A DNA stretch of 64,000 bases from an uncultured Bacillota bacterium. GTDB taxonomy: Bacteria; Bacillota; Clostridia; Christensenellales; UBA1242. Location of the stretch: the NCBI GenBank assembly GCA_948465545.1, contig CAOJXO010000001.1, positions 188,450 to 252,449 on the forward strand. Direction: 5' to 3'. This document shows, piece after piece, positions 28,345 through 38,500 of the stretch. The notes beneath the pieces are model-generated. The model worked only from the letters and a program-made list of their open reading frames with translations. It was not told where the DNA came from and searched no databases. The translations under genes were made by a program, and so were the position numbers. Numbering within the stretch: position 1 is the first letter of the stretch; each line of letters starts with the position of its first letter.

Positions 28345-28707
28345 CTATAGTGATTTTAAGTGTTTGCTTGGTCTAGTTACCAAGTAAAAATACCAGATTA
28401 AACCTACAACAGGTATAAAAAGTACCCAAATATAGAAACCGCTTTTACCTATATCATGCATACGTCTGATGATGAGGGTGATAGATGGCAAAAGTTCTAC
28501 TAAGCAGAATAGTCCGAAAATTACTAACATTGTTATGCTAAAAGGATTGATTGTTGGTTGAAAGCATGTTAAGCTTACAACTAGCAAGGCAAGAAGAATT
28601 AACATTATAATTAAATTAGCAAGTACCCCATACCAAAATTCACGTCGTGACGAAGTGCCTTTATAATCAAGTACTCTTTTCCAAAATAAATTAAATCCAT
28701 GTATCAT
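28345..28707 (-). CDS. DUF805 family membrane protein
   Basis: GTSSRREFWYG...RRMHDIGKSG with three TM helices. Start uncertain: ATG 28707 is preferred to TTG 28755, but there is no clear SD. Confidence 0.7.
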   Translation of the reverse strand: MIHGFNLFWKRVLDYKGTSSRREFWYGVLANLIIMLILLALLVVSLTCFQPTINPFSITMLVIFGLFCLVELLPSITLIIRRMHDIGKSGFYIWVLFIPVVGLIWYFYLVTRPSKHLKSL

Positions 28708-28845
28708 ATATATAGTGTTTGTAGATTTTGATAAAATATTATAAAAAAGCAACAAGAAAAATTGTTGCTTAGTGAGACTTCTTCTATTTTTATATGTTTT
28801 TTATTAGGTATTGACTATATGTCATTTTGGATTTATAATATAGGT

Positions 28846-29253
28846 ATGATGCAGAGGAAAAATTTTAATATAAACAATATAAGATTTTATAGATATCAAT
28901 CTTTTAGTGGAGATTTGGCTCAAGTGAAAATTTATGGTCATTATTACGAGCAAGAACTAGGTCGCACCTTACGGATTTGTAAAATACTTTATACGCTGCA
29001 AAATAACGTAATGACGCTGGATAAAATTAAGGTGGAGGCAGATTACCAACATCTAGGCATTGGCAGTAAGTTGTTAGAGTTTATGTTTGAAGATTGCAAA
29101 AAGGCAAAAGTGAAAAATATTGAGGGGGAGTTTGCCCCAGATGACGAAGCACAAGGGTATGCTTTTTACACGAAACATGGGTTTGAGATACGTGAAGAAG
29201 TTATGGCTGACAAACTATATAAAACTTTGGATTTTGAGGATGAGAATGAGTAA
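28846..29253 (+). CDS. GNAT-family N-acetyltransferase (small)
   Basis: Acetyl-CoA-binding-like motif YQHLGIGSKLLE and C-terminal YTKHGFEI. Start uncertain. Confidence 0.55.
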   Translation: MMQRKNFNINNIRFYRYQSFSGDLAQVKIYGHYYEQELGRTLRICKILYTLQNNVMTLDKIKVEADYQHLGIGSKLLEFMFEDCKKAKVKNIEGEFAPDDEAQGYAFYTKHGFEIREEVMADKLYKTLDFEDENE

Positions 29254-29254
29254 A

Positions 29255-29282
29255 AATAAAAAGCGAAAGTTATCGCTTTTTA
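29255..29282. terminator. Hairpin terminator between the convergent GNAT and spoIIP genes
   Basis: AGCGA-aagtta-TCGCT hairpin with flanking A/T runs. It overlaps the last codons of spoIIP. Confidence 0.5.
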
Positions 29283-30358
29283 TTTTTATGTTTTGATTTA
29301 GATGTTGTGTAAAAATATATTAAAGCCCCACCGATTGCAAGTGCACCTATAGCAGTTGGTATTAAAATTATAGGCAGTGTATTTGTATTTTGTTGAGCGG
29401 GATTTGTTTCATCAAATTTTTCATTTACTGTTGGTTTGTTAGTATTGCCACCTATTGTAAGGGTGTTGTCATCTTCATCTACTGTGGTTTTATAGAGTGT
29501 GGCATTTATTACTTTTGCAAGTTCTTTTGCAGACTCTTCTACGTAGGACTTTTCAATAGTATGTGTTCCCATTTCAAAAAGTAAGGCTTTATTAGAAAGT
29601 GCTTGATTATAATGCCCTTTACCCCAGTAGATGTCATGGAATAACCAAGGACATTCTACTTCGGCAACACTTAACATATATAAAGCAAATTGTAAGTTTT
29701 CTGCTGAGTTTGCATTTGACTGACCTAAAACAATACGAACCTTACTACGTTCCTTACCGTTGACTTTGGTTACATAATATTGTCTACTTGCTCCGTCACG
29801 ATGTATATCAAATATAGCATCTGGGGAGTTGTTAAGTAGTTTCTTAGCAGTAACATTGCTTCTTGTATAGGCACTTGAATTATGTGGGATATGTAATGTT
29901 TCATCTAAAGTGACATCCACACCATAAGTATTTAGGGATGATTTAAGAATCTTTGCGATATCATGTATCCCACCAGCACCGTATATACTTTCTGTTCCGT
30001 CACCAATAATATAACTCTCGTCATTATGAGTCATGTATAACGCAATCTTTTTTGGCGTTGTTTTATTTGAAATAGGCTCGATATTTGATTTCTTTGTTAC
30101 TGTAGGACGTGGATAGGTTTGTATATATCTGGCTTTTGCATAGCAAGAGGTTTCATCAACAAGATATATTTCATATTCATTAAAATTGCGATCAATAAAT
30201 TTGTCGCCAATCTCAACATTTTCTCTTTGGGTAAGTTCCAAATTGTTTTCATCGTAAATTTGGTAAATAACAATGTCGTTATCTGCAAATGTTGGCGTTG
30301 ATAGTGGTGAACATAATGTTAATGCTATTAAAAAGCAAAATATCAATATCTTTTTCAT
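29270..30358 (-). CDS. spoIIP: Stage II sporulation protein P family (SpoIIP)
   Basis: IALYMTHNDESY, IFDIHRDG, RIVLGQSN, NQALSNKALLFEMGTH. N-terminal signal peptide and a C-terminal TM helix. Confidence 0.8.
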   Translation of the reverse strand: MKKILIFCFLIALTLCSPLSTPTFADNDIVIYQIYDENNLELTQRENVEIGDKFIDRNFNEYEIYLVDETSCYAKARYIQTYPRPTVTKKSNIEPISNKTTPKKIALYMTHNDESYIIGDGTESIYGAGGIHDIAKILKSSLNTYGVDVTLDETLHIPHNSSAYTRSNVTAKKLLNNSPDAIFDIHRDGASRQYYVTKVNGKERSKVRIVLGQSNANSAENLQFALYMLSVAEVECPWLFHDIYWGKGHYNQALSNKALLFEMGTHTIEKSYVEESAKELAKVINATLYKTTVDEDDNTLTIGGNTNKPTVNEKFDETNPAQQNTNTLPIILIPTAIGALAIGGALIYFYTTSKSKHKNKKR

Positions 30359-30394
30359 GCTTTTATTATGAGTTAAATTATGTAAATTATTCTA

Positions 30395-30422
30395 TAAAAA
30401 AAATTGGTATTTACAACCAATC
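30395..30422 (-). terminator. Terminator after tRNA-Asn
   Basis: Minus strand ATTGGT-tgtaaat-ACCAAT hairpin plus T8. Confidence 0.7.
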
Positions 30423-30433
30423 CATAGTAATCA

Positions 30434-30508
30434 TGGCGCCCCAGGTAGGATTCGAACCTACGACCTATCGGTTAACAGCCGAGTGCTCCACCACTGAGCT
30501 ACTGAGGC
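30434..30508 (-). tRNA. tRNA-Asn (anticodon GTT), CCA encoded
   Basis: Reverse complement folds as a cloverleaf. Acceptor GCCTCAG/CTGGGGC (one G-U), anticodon loop CTGTTAA, T-loop TTCGAAT, discriminator G. Confidence 0.9.
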
Positions 30509-30522
30509 ACAAAATATTAATG

Positions 30523-30638
30523 TGGTGTGTCGCACTCGACCAGTTAACCTTTATCGGTTTAACTTCGCTATGCTCCGTACGCAGGACTTAAAGTCCTTGG
30601 CGTTCAGCCTCATGCTCCACCACTGAGTTTGTTGAGGC
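30523..30638 (-). pseudogene. Degenerate tRNA-Asn-derived element, transcribed as the leader of tRNA-Asn
   Basis: The 5' part GCCTCAACAAACTCAGTGGTGGAGCATGAGGC matches 24 of 31 nt of the tRNA-Asn 5' half, including a 14-nt identical block. GTTAAACCGATAAAGGT corresponds to the anticodon-arm 3' part. A roughly 43-nt insert separates the two. No acceptor stem can form and the T-arm is degenerate. Confidence 0.55.
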
Positions 30639-30660
30639 GAATTTTAAATTAAGCATTGTT

Positions 30661-30689
30661 ATGATATCAAATATTTATTATCTTGTCAA
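30661..30689 (-). promoter_or_regulatory. SigA-type promoter upstream of the tRNA-like element and tRNA-Asn
   Basis: Minus strand TTGACA-17 nt-TATCAT. Confidence 0.6.
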
Positions 30690-30695
30690 TGATTT

Positions 30696-30887
30696 TTAAA
30701 ACATTTTTTGAAAAAATTGTTTATCGCTTATTGTTTCCTCAATTTGATCGTTCTTATTGTTTATATCATCAAGTTCACGTTTTTTACTATTTAGTATACA
30801 GGTGGTAATTATCGCTATTGCTATTACCACCACCAGCATAAAAATTGCCATAATTGGTTTAAACTTACTTTTCCCCTCTTGATTCAT
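30696..30887 (-). CDS. DivIC/FtsB-like septum formation initiator (short)
   Basis: Single TM (IMAIFMLVVVIAIAIITTCIL) followed by a charged helical segment. Sits after yabP-yabQ as in B. subtilis. Start uncertain (30887 or 30941). Confidence 0.5.
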   Translation of the reverse strand: MNQEGKSKFKPIMAIFMLVVVIAIAIITTCILNSKKRELDDINNKNDQIEETISDKQFFQKMF

Positions 30888-31230
30888 TGTTTCTTCTAAG
30901 TTTTTTCTTAAACTCCTTAATGCCATTGTACCACTTATCAAGCAGTTTTGTCCAGAGTTTTCCTAAGGTAAATCGGGAAATTGCAAAGCCCACCGCAAAG
31001 ACAAGCAGTATATATATTCTAAATCTACCATAGTTGACTGAAAGATTGACAAAATATAATATTATTGCTGAGGCTATAACGCATAGGAAATATACGATTT
31101 GTTTTACAATCTTGTTTTTGTTGCAAAAATACATGACAAGACTTCCTAAATCAAATAAGATTGAGGAGGCTATGCCACTGAATAAAATTGCCAAAATGAT
31201 AAGAGGTTGACTTAAAGTCTCATAAAGCAT
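30865..31230 (-). CDS. yabQ: Spore cortex biosynthesis protein YabQ
   Basis: About 120-aa multi-TM protein immediately after yabP, with a one-base TAATG overlap. Confidence 0.65.
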   Translation of the reverse strand: MLYETLSQPLIILAILFSGIASSILFDLGSLVMYFCNKNKIVKQIVYFLCVIASAIILYFVNLSVNYGRFRIYILLVFAVGFAISRFTLGKLWTKLLDKWYNGIKEFKKKLRRNNESRGEK

Positions 31231-31484
31231 TATTTAAATATCCTTTTTAAGAAAGGTTGTTTTGCTCCGTTTGGTGCAGAAAATTTGATGTTTGTAATTT
31301 TGCCTGAGAAACAAACCTCATGATTGTCAAGGTCTAGTTTTTTAACTTCTAAGTCTGTTCCACTTATTACAATGGTGTGCGAAGCGGTTTCAACAACAGC
31401 TTGATTCTGTGTGGAAGATACTACCTTGTTCGCTCCTTTGATTGCAAGATTTGAGGTGTCTTCAAGAAGGACGGTTTCGTTCAT
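31230..31484 (-). CDS. yabP: Sporulation protein YabP
   Basis: 84 aa with a YabP-like pattern (...IKGANKVVSSTQNQAVVETASHTIVISGTDLEVKKLDLDNHEVCFSGKITNIKF). Confidence 0.7.
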   Translation of the reverse strand: MNETVLLEDTSNLAIKGANKVVSSTQNQAVVETASHTIVISGTDLEVKKLDLDNHEVCFSGKITNIKFSAPNGAKQPFLKRIFK

Positions 31485-31565
31485 ACTTACTCCTTTTTTA
31501 TATTTTATTTAGGAAACTGATAAAAAATGATAGATTATTTGATTAATTTAGTGTAAAATACTGCT

Positions 31566-32393
31566 ATGGAAAAGAAGAGTTTTATAGCAAATAGAAATGA
31601 TAAACTTGCCAACCTTTTGTCAGGAGAGGGGTTTTCTTATAATTATGCAAGTAAGTTGATACGAAATAAAGACGTTAAAGTTGATGGCGTTCGTGTAAAA
31701 GAAAATATTGATGTTATGGTCGGTAGCGAAGTGACGGTATTTTTTGCTGAAAACAGTATTATAGAGAAGTTTGAAGTAATCTTTGAAGATGATAATGTTT
31801 TAATTATTGATAAAAAAGCAGGAATAGAGGTGGAAGGTGCAGAAGGGCTGGAAGGCAAGATAGTTGGTGCTCTTGCGGTGCATAGACTGGATCGAAATAC
31901 TGAAGGGCTTTTGGTTATGGCAAAAAATGTTATGGCAAGAGATGAACTTTTAGAGGCTTTTAAAAATCACAATGTTGAAAAGAGATATATTGCAGAGGTT
32001 GTTGGAAAAAGCAGTTTCAAGGGCGAATTAAAAAAGGCTTATTTAGTAAAAGATAAAACAACATCTTTCGTGAAGATATACAACAATTATGTTAAGGGTG
32101 CGGTGGAAATTGCCACAGAATTTACCACCTTAAAGTCTAATCCAACATCAAGTATTGTGGAGTGTAAATTGATTACTGGGAAAACACATCAAATAAGGGC
32201 ACACCTTGCCTATCTTGGTTACCCTATTATAGGTGATGGTAAATATGGTAAAAATGAAGATAATAAAAAATTTAAGCAAAAATGGCAAAAATTATATTGT
32301 TATTATTTAAAATTTGGAAAATTTGAAAATAATCTAAAATATTTATCTCAGAAAAAATTTACAAAATATCCGTCATGGTATAGTAAAAATTAA
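31566..32393 (+). CDS. RluA-family pseudouridine synthase with an S4-like N-terminus
   Basis: Catalytic HRLDRNTEGLLV and GKTHQIRAHLAYLGYPIIGDGKYG. Confidence 0.85.
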   Translation: MEKKSFIANRNDKLANLLSGEGFSYNYASKLIRNKDVKVDGVRVKENIDVMVGSEVTVFFAENSIIEKFEVIFEDDNVLIIDKKAGIEVEGAEGLEGKIVGALAVHRLDRNTEGLLVMAKNVMARDELLEAFKNHNVEKRYIAEVVGKSSFKGELKKAYLVKDKTTSFVKIYNNYVKGAVEIATEFTTLKSNPTSSIVECKLITGKTHQIRAHLAYLGYPIIGDGKYGKNEDNKKFKQKWQKLYCYYLKFGKFENNLKYLSQKKFTKYPSWYSKN

Positions 32394-32405
32394 AGGAAAA
32401 TATTA

Positions 32406-32443
32406 AAAAATCACAAAAAAATATTAAAAATTGTGATTTTTTA
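32406..32443 (+). terminator. Probable terminator after the pseudouridine synthase gene
   Basis: AAATCACAA...TTGTGATTT hairpin (14-nt A-rich loop) plus a T-run. Confidence 0.5.
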
Positions 32444-32540
32444 TTTATTTTAAATATTTTTTAGTTGTAAAACTGATTCAAATTAATTAATAAATATTTT
32501 TTAATTAATTTATATTTATATAAAATATATTAAAATTTGT

Positions 32541-32570
32541 TTGATAAAAATGGGGTGAAAGTGTTAAAAT
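32541..32570 (+). promoter_or_regulatory. Extended -10 promoter of the giant lipoprotein gene
   Basis: TTGATA-18 nt-TAAAAT with TG at -15/-14. SD GGGGGA lies before ATG 32598. Confidence 0.5.
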
Positions 32571-32597
32571 AAACTAAGATAAAACAGGGGGATTTAA

Positions 32598-35500
32598 ATG
32601 AATAAAATCCGTTCGGCACTGCTTGTTGTTATGCTAACCTTGTTTTCCGCTTTTACTATGGTTGCTTGTGGAAGTGGAAATGACCCCAAAGCAGTTTTTG
32701 CAAAAGAAGAATTTGAGTTATCGCTGGAAGAGACGATAAACTTTTTTGATTATCTTACCTTTGAAAATGTTGATACAGAAAATGTTTCATTATCATTCAG
32801 CAATGACAATCTTTTTAACGTAAATGATAATGGCGAATATACAGCAGTGCAAAGTGGGACGACATTCGTGAAAGTGATGTATGAAGAAAACCTGCTTACA
32901 AGTTGCAAGGTGATTGTTAAACAAATGTTTACTACCCCAACAGATATCGTTGTAAATGATGAGGGAGTGATATCTTGGAAAGGTTCTTCTGCCTTTAATG
33001 ACAACAGCATGGTATCTGCAAATGGATACATAGTGGAAGTTAATGGTGTTGAATATAGTGTCACTGGAACAAGTTTTAACCTTACTGAAAGGGGCGAGTA
33101 CAGTGTACGTGTGAAGGCACAAGCCTTTGGAAAGATAGATGCATCTGCTTACAGCAAGATATATGCAATTAACTATGGTGTTTTGGAAAGGGCGGAGATC
33201 ACTTCTTTCAATGTGTCAAATGATTTTGGAAATCAAGAGGCGGAGATTGAGTGGTCGATAGTGCCTCTTGCAAGATACAATGTTTATCTTGATGGATTTA
33301 AAGTAGAGTCTGAAATCACAAGAAATAGTGTGGTATTAAACTTTTCAAACTTCTATGAAGGGCAAAGTGTAGAAGTTGTTGTTGAGGCTATTGATAGAAC
33401 GGGAAACTTACTTTCAAGTCGCAATACTATCACCGTACAAAAGATTGCAAGGCCAACCCTTAGTTATGATTTTAGTGGAGGGCAAGGAAAGGTTGTTTGG
33501 AATGGCAGTCAGGGTGCAACATCTTATACAATTCAATGTCTTAATAGAAACAATCCTTCTGATGTTCGTGTTATTTATGCAAAAGCTAACGAGGTTGAAA
33601 GTGCGCTTGAAGGGATTTCTTCGGGAATTTATACAGTATCCCTCCAAGCAAATGGCGGGAGAAATGCAAATGGATATTTTGTAAATAGCAATACTGATTC
33701 AAGAGAGTTTGCTAAAATAGCAAAACCTATTGTTTCACATTCTATTCTGGGTGGCAACCTTACTATAAATATTGAGCCAGACAGTTATGCGGAAAACTAT
33801 TTAATTTCATATGGCGATTTTTCTATGATATGGAATGTTAAAGAACGCGGTTATGTTGCAAGTATAAACATCTCCTCTTTTGAGAAGGGAAAACATGATG
33901 TAAAAGTAACCGCACTCCCTTTGACTGATGATAACAAGGTAAAAGAGTTTTCTGAAGGCATGTTTTCAACTTCACGAGTTGTTAACTCTGACTCACATGT
34001 AATAGAAATTTACATATTAGAGAATGTGACAAACATTTCTCATAAGATAGAAGACGGATGTTCTATATTAACTTTTGATGAGGTTGAGTACGCAACACAA
34101 TATATGGTGGAAGTTGGCGGACAAGTGTTTACCGATTTTGTGAAAGAAAATGGAGTTGTGGCATTTAACCTTGGGGAATTAAGCAATGTTGCACCTAGTG
34201 GTGGAGTGTACAAATTTAATATAACCGCAAGCAGAGATGATGGCAACACTATTTCAAGCAGTGGTGAAAAATCAGTTTCTATACTTAACATAACAAGTAA
34301 GGCGGAAGAACAAGAAAATGGATACTACGCATGGAATAAAGTAAACGACAACACCCAATATTTATATGAGATTTATATCGTTGATAAAAACTTCTCTATT
34401 GGTGACGCAGTATCAGGAAATCCTACAGTTATTATAGAAACACCTACATCAGAATTAAAGATAGAAGATAAACTTAATTTTGGATATTACTACATTCGTA
34501 TTTATTCAATCTCAACGGATACTAACATTTATTTGGATTCAAATTTCTATGATGTGGACGGATATTTTGAGGATACATTCTTTGTGACGGAGCAAATTGA
34601 AACCCCTGAATTTGTGTTTAACCTTAATAATAAGTCTATAACAATAAACAAGGTGGCAAATGCCGAGCGGTATGAAATTGAAGTGAATGGTGAGTTGGTT
34701 GGGCGTGTATTTGATAACAACCCAAGTGAACCTACCTTAACTTATAGCCTTGCAAGCAAGTTTGATGAGGCTGGTGTATATGAGATTACAGTAAAAGCAA
34801 GTGCAGATGATGTTTTATATGATACACAATTACATACCCCTTCTGAAAAAGGACTTATATATGTAAATAAATTAAGTGCCCCAACTTTCAGTGTTGATGA
34901 GAAGGAACTATTGAGCGTTGAGGCTGTTGAGAACGCTGATAGTGTTGTAATCAAGCAGGGTGCAAATATTCTTAACCCTGACGGCGAAACCTCATTGTCT
35001 TTAGCAGGCAGAAATGGTGCTTTTGATTTAGTAATGAAATTTGTTGCAAAAGAAAGTCATGAGAATATCTATTATCTTGATAGCAATGAAATTGTTTATC
35101 ATTTTAAACGCACATCTCAACCAACCAACATTGCATTTGCAAGCGGGGTGTTAAGTTTTGATTGTGAAGATAAGGCGTATGTAGATAGATATATTGTTAC
35201 TTTAACTTTATTAGATCCAAACAACAATAACCTTACAATTACCTTTGATATTGAAAGCACAACATTTAACCTTCAAGAGTTTATTGAAGAAAAAGTGGCT
35301 TCTGATATAAGATTTGAATCAGCGTACAGTCAGTGTTCTGGCGTTGAGGTTATGGTAAGTGCTTATAAACTTGGCTTTGCAAATGTTGGGTCGCAAAGAA
35401 CTTTCTTCTTACCATCAGATAATGGCACTACGGCTTCTGGTGCGGGCAAATTAAATTTATCTCAACTTCCAGCACCTCATATTACCTTTAACCCTCAAAC

Positions 35501-38500
35501 CAAACTTTTCAGTTGGAATAGTGTTGGCTCATCGTTGACTAGATACGCAATATATGTTGACGGGGTTCTCATTAGGGATAATCTTGCTGGCACAATAGTT
35601 CCACTTGTTGACGCTATGGATTTTTCTGAGGCAAGAAATATTGTTGTAGTTGCAAGCAATCCTGAATATCTTTCTTCAGCAAATTCAAACACCATCTGTG
35701 TACGTAGACTTCAATCGGTTTCAAATGTTGGAGTGCTAAATTCAAGCGGGACAATATACTTCACTTTACCTAGTATTGACCTTTCACATGTAAAGGCGGT
35801 ATATTGTAACAACAAAGAGGTAAATTTTAATTCTTCAAATGGCTATGTGGCAATTTCCCTTGCAGATTTTGGTTCTGCTGAAACAATTTCTCTTAGCATT
35901 TCAGTTAAGGCGAATGATGGATATACAAACGCAGGTATTACATATTACTTCCTTGATAGCCTTGCATCTAATTATCAGTTTATAAATATTGATGACGAAG
36001 TTATTACTTTGAATGTTAAAGATGGTGTGCTTGTTTGGAATGATATTGCAACTAGTTTTGTAGGCGTTAAAAATAGACCGCTTACCTATACACTTAATAT
36101 CAATAAAGGGGACACCCTTGTTGAGAAAATATCAAACTTGAAAGAAAGTAAGTACAACCTTGATTCTGAGATACTTTTCAAACTTCTCACTGGCGAGTAT
36201 TCACTTAAAGTGGAGGTTGTAATAGATGATTATTCTATTGAATCAGTAGATGGCTCAAAAGGATATTTTGGGTATGCTGAAAGCAATATATTACAGGTCA
36301 AGAAACTTCCAACCTTGCAGGCTGTGGAATTTGACACTGTTGAAGATTCTTCAATTATAAAATTAACAGACCGTAAAGCATCAGCAAAGATAGTCCTTTC
36401 ATGGGAGGATATTTGGACTGATGTGGATAATGTAAGTTTTAATATTGACTTTAATAATGGGACTCAACTTGATAATATAAAAGCGGGTGCGGTGGATCAA
36501 AATTACAGTTTGTCACTTAGTGATGGTAAGTATAGATTAGAATTAAACAACTCTTACTTTACATCTGGCAACAATAGTATAAGTATATCAGTAGATGCAG
36601 ACGCCTCTATAACATCCAACGTTTACAATTATTCAATTTATAGATACAGCACCATTTCAGAACTTTCAATCAGCGACGATGGCATTCTTACTATTACGGC
36701 AGAGGAGAGGGTAGATTCCTTCCTTATAGGTGTGCTTATAGGCGGAAACAATTATTATGTTTCTACAAAGGATAGGCAGTTTAACATCATGGACGGGCTT
36801 CTTGACAAAGCCAGCGGAAACTATACTGTGGAAGTTGTTGGTTTTGATAGTGAGGGTGAGGCGATTTCAACTATGAAAGTGACAAGCATAAATGGCTATC
36901 GCTTAAACGGAATAAGTAATATCTCAATACTTGAAAATGGTAATATTAATATAACACTTTTCAGTGAGGCTGAAATTGATTCAAGAATTGTTTTTGTTGC
37001 AAACTACAATGGCAGAATTTTGACCTTTAATCCAGACAGAGTTGAAAATACAAATACTTTTGTTTATTCAATGTTAGACTTTGTTAAACTTTTTGGTATC
37101 ACTTCCGCAGGTGAGGTTAACCTTAAAGTATCGGTTCAAAAAGAGGGAAATATTAATGCTGACTGGGTAGACGTTGCATTCAATTATGCACTTGAAGATG
37201 TTGGCAATGTGACATACGCTAGGGGTAGAAATTATACCGACGATTATCTTATACTTTCATATCTTGAAGGTACAAGTGCATTTAGATTTGAACTTAATTA
37301 TACTGTTACAGACAGCAATATTCCTGTGACAACCATTAATACTTTTAGTGCAAGTGACTTACATGGATATTGGATTACGACAGATAAAGACGAGCAATAT
37401 TTTGTTAAGGAACTTCCTGCCACAGCGGTTAAGACAAGCGTTGAGTGTTATGGCATAAGCCTTAACGACTTATTAAAAGAAATTAATGGCGGTTCAATTC
37501 AAATTAATATAAGCAGAGTGCAACGCCATACAGACGGCGACAATACGGTATTCTATCAATATAACGTTGTTGGCTTCTCTTGTAATAAACTTATCCCTGT
37601 TACGGGTATAAGAATCAGTAATGATAGGGTTACATGGAACGCATCAACCAGTGCTGATGCTGAATATTATGTTTATTTCTATACATTAGACGGGGCTGAA
37701 TATAACCTTTCTTTCTATAAACATGTTACAACTGCATACATTGATATCTATGATATCGGGCTTGTGGCAGGGGTAAGATATTATATTAATGTGGTGACAG
37801 TATCTCCAACCCTTCGTCAGATTGCATCTAATGCAACCCTTAATGTTGAGGCATTTAAGTATTTAACCCCAACTGCTATAGAGGTGACTGATGGACGACT
37901 AATGTTTAATCGAGAGGATGTTCAAAAATCAGATTTATTTACTTCTATTCAAAACAATTTCAACTTAACTAATGTTACACCTAATGACATTGTTAGAAAT
38001 ATTGCAACCGCAAACTATGATGATATCTACACATTCTCTCCATCTTCAATTTCATCAGTTGTGGTTGAATTAAAGTTCCATTCTCTTGAAAATGGAAGGG
38101 ATTATGTTGTAAGGCGAAATGCAGTTGATCTTATGCCAGATATATCACAATACACATTTAAGACAAATCAAGATACTGACATTTCTTATCTGCAAGCATT
38201 GTATGATGCTGCACGTCAGTCTACCGAGCAGTATACTTATAGGCTTGATGTAGAGCGTATGTATAACGCATACTTAAATGCAAATGGAATTGCAGACTTT
38301 GAAATGTTGTTTGATGAGTTTGGTTCAAGTATTCCTGCTGGTGATTATGAGTTGTCGATTAGCCAAGAGGGGGTAGTTTTAGGTTCAGTTGGATATATCA
38401 CTTCTCATCCAACAAACACTGTTAAAGTGCATGTTGGAAGTGCGCCTAATATTAATCTTTCACGCATCTCACCAAATGGAAGAAATGAATATATAGTTTC

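Noticed and set aside
687-28846. Long N-terminal extensions implied by the ORF-track starts of several genes, several of them at GTG or TTG codons: 687, 11069, 13102, 13181, 14747, 21007, 24221, 26276, 27078, 28755, 28762, 43429 and 53424.
   Set aside because: In most cases an internal ATG preceded by a good Shine-Dalgarno sequence coincides with the conserved N-terminus of the family. For 28755 and 28762 no clear SD was found, and the internal ATG was chosen on family N-terminus alone. Coordinates were trimmed accordingly.
30583-30597. The hairpin AGGAC-TTTAA-GTCCT read as an anticodon arm with anticodon TTA (an ochre suppressor tRNA)
   Set aside because: The stem is only 4-6 bp with mismatches when a 7-nt loop is forced. 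No acceptor, D or T arms can be built around it.
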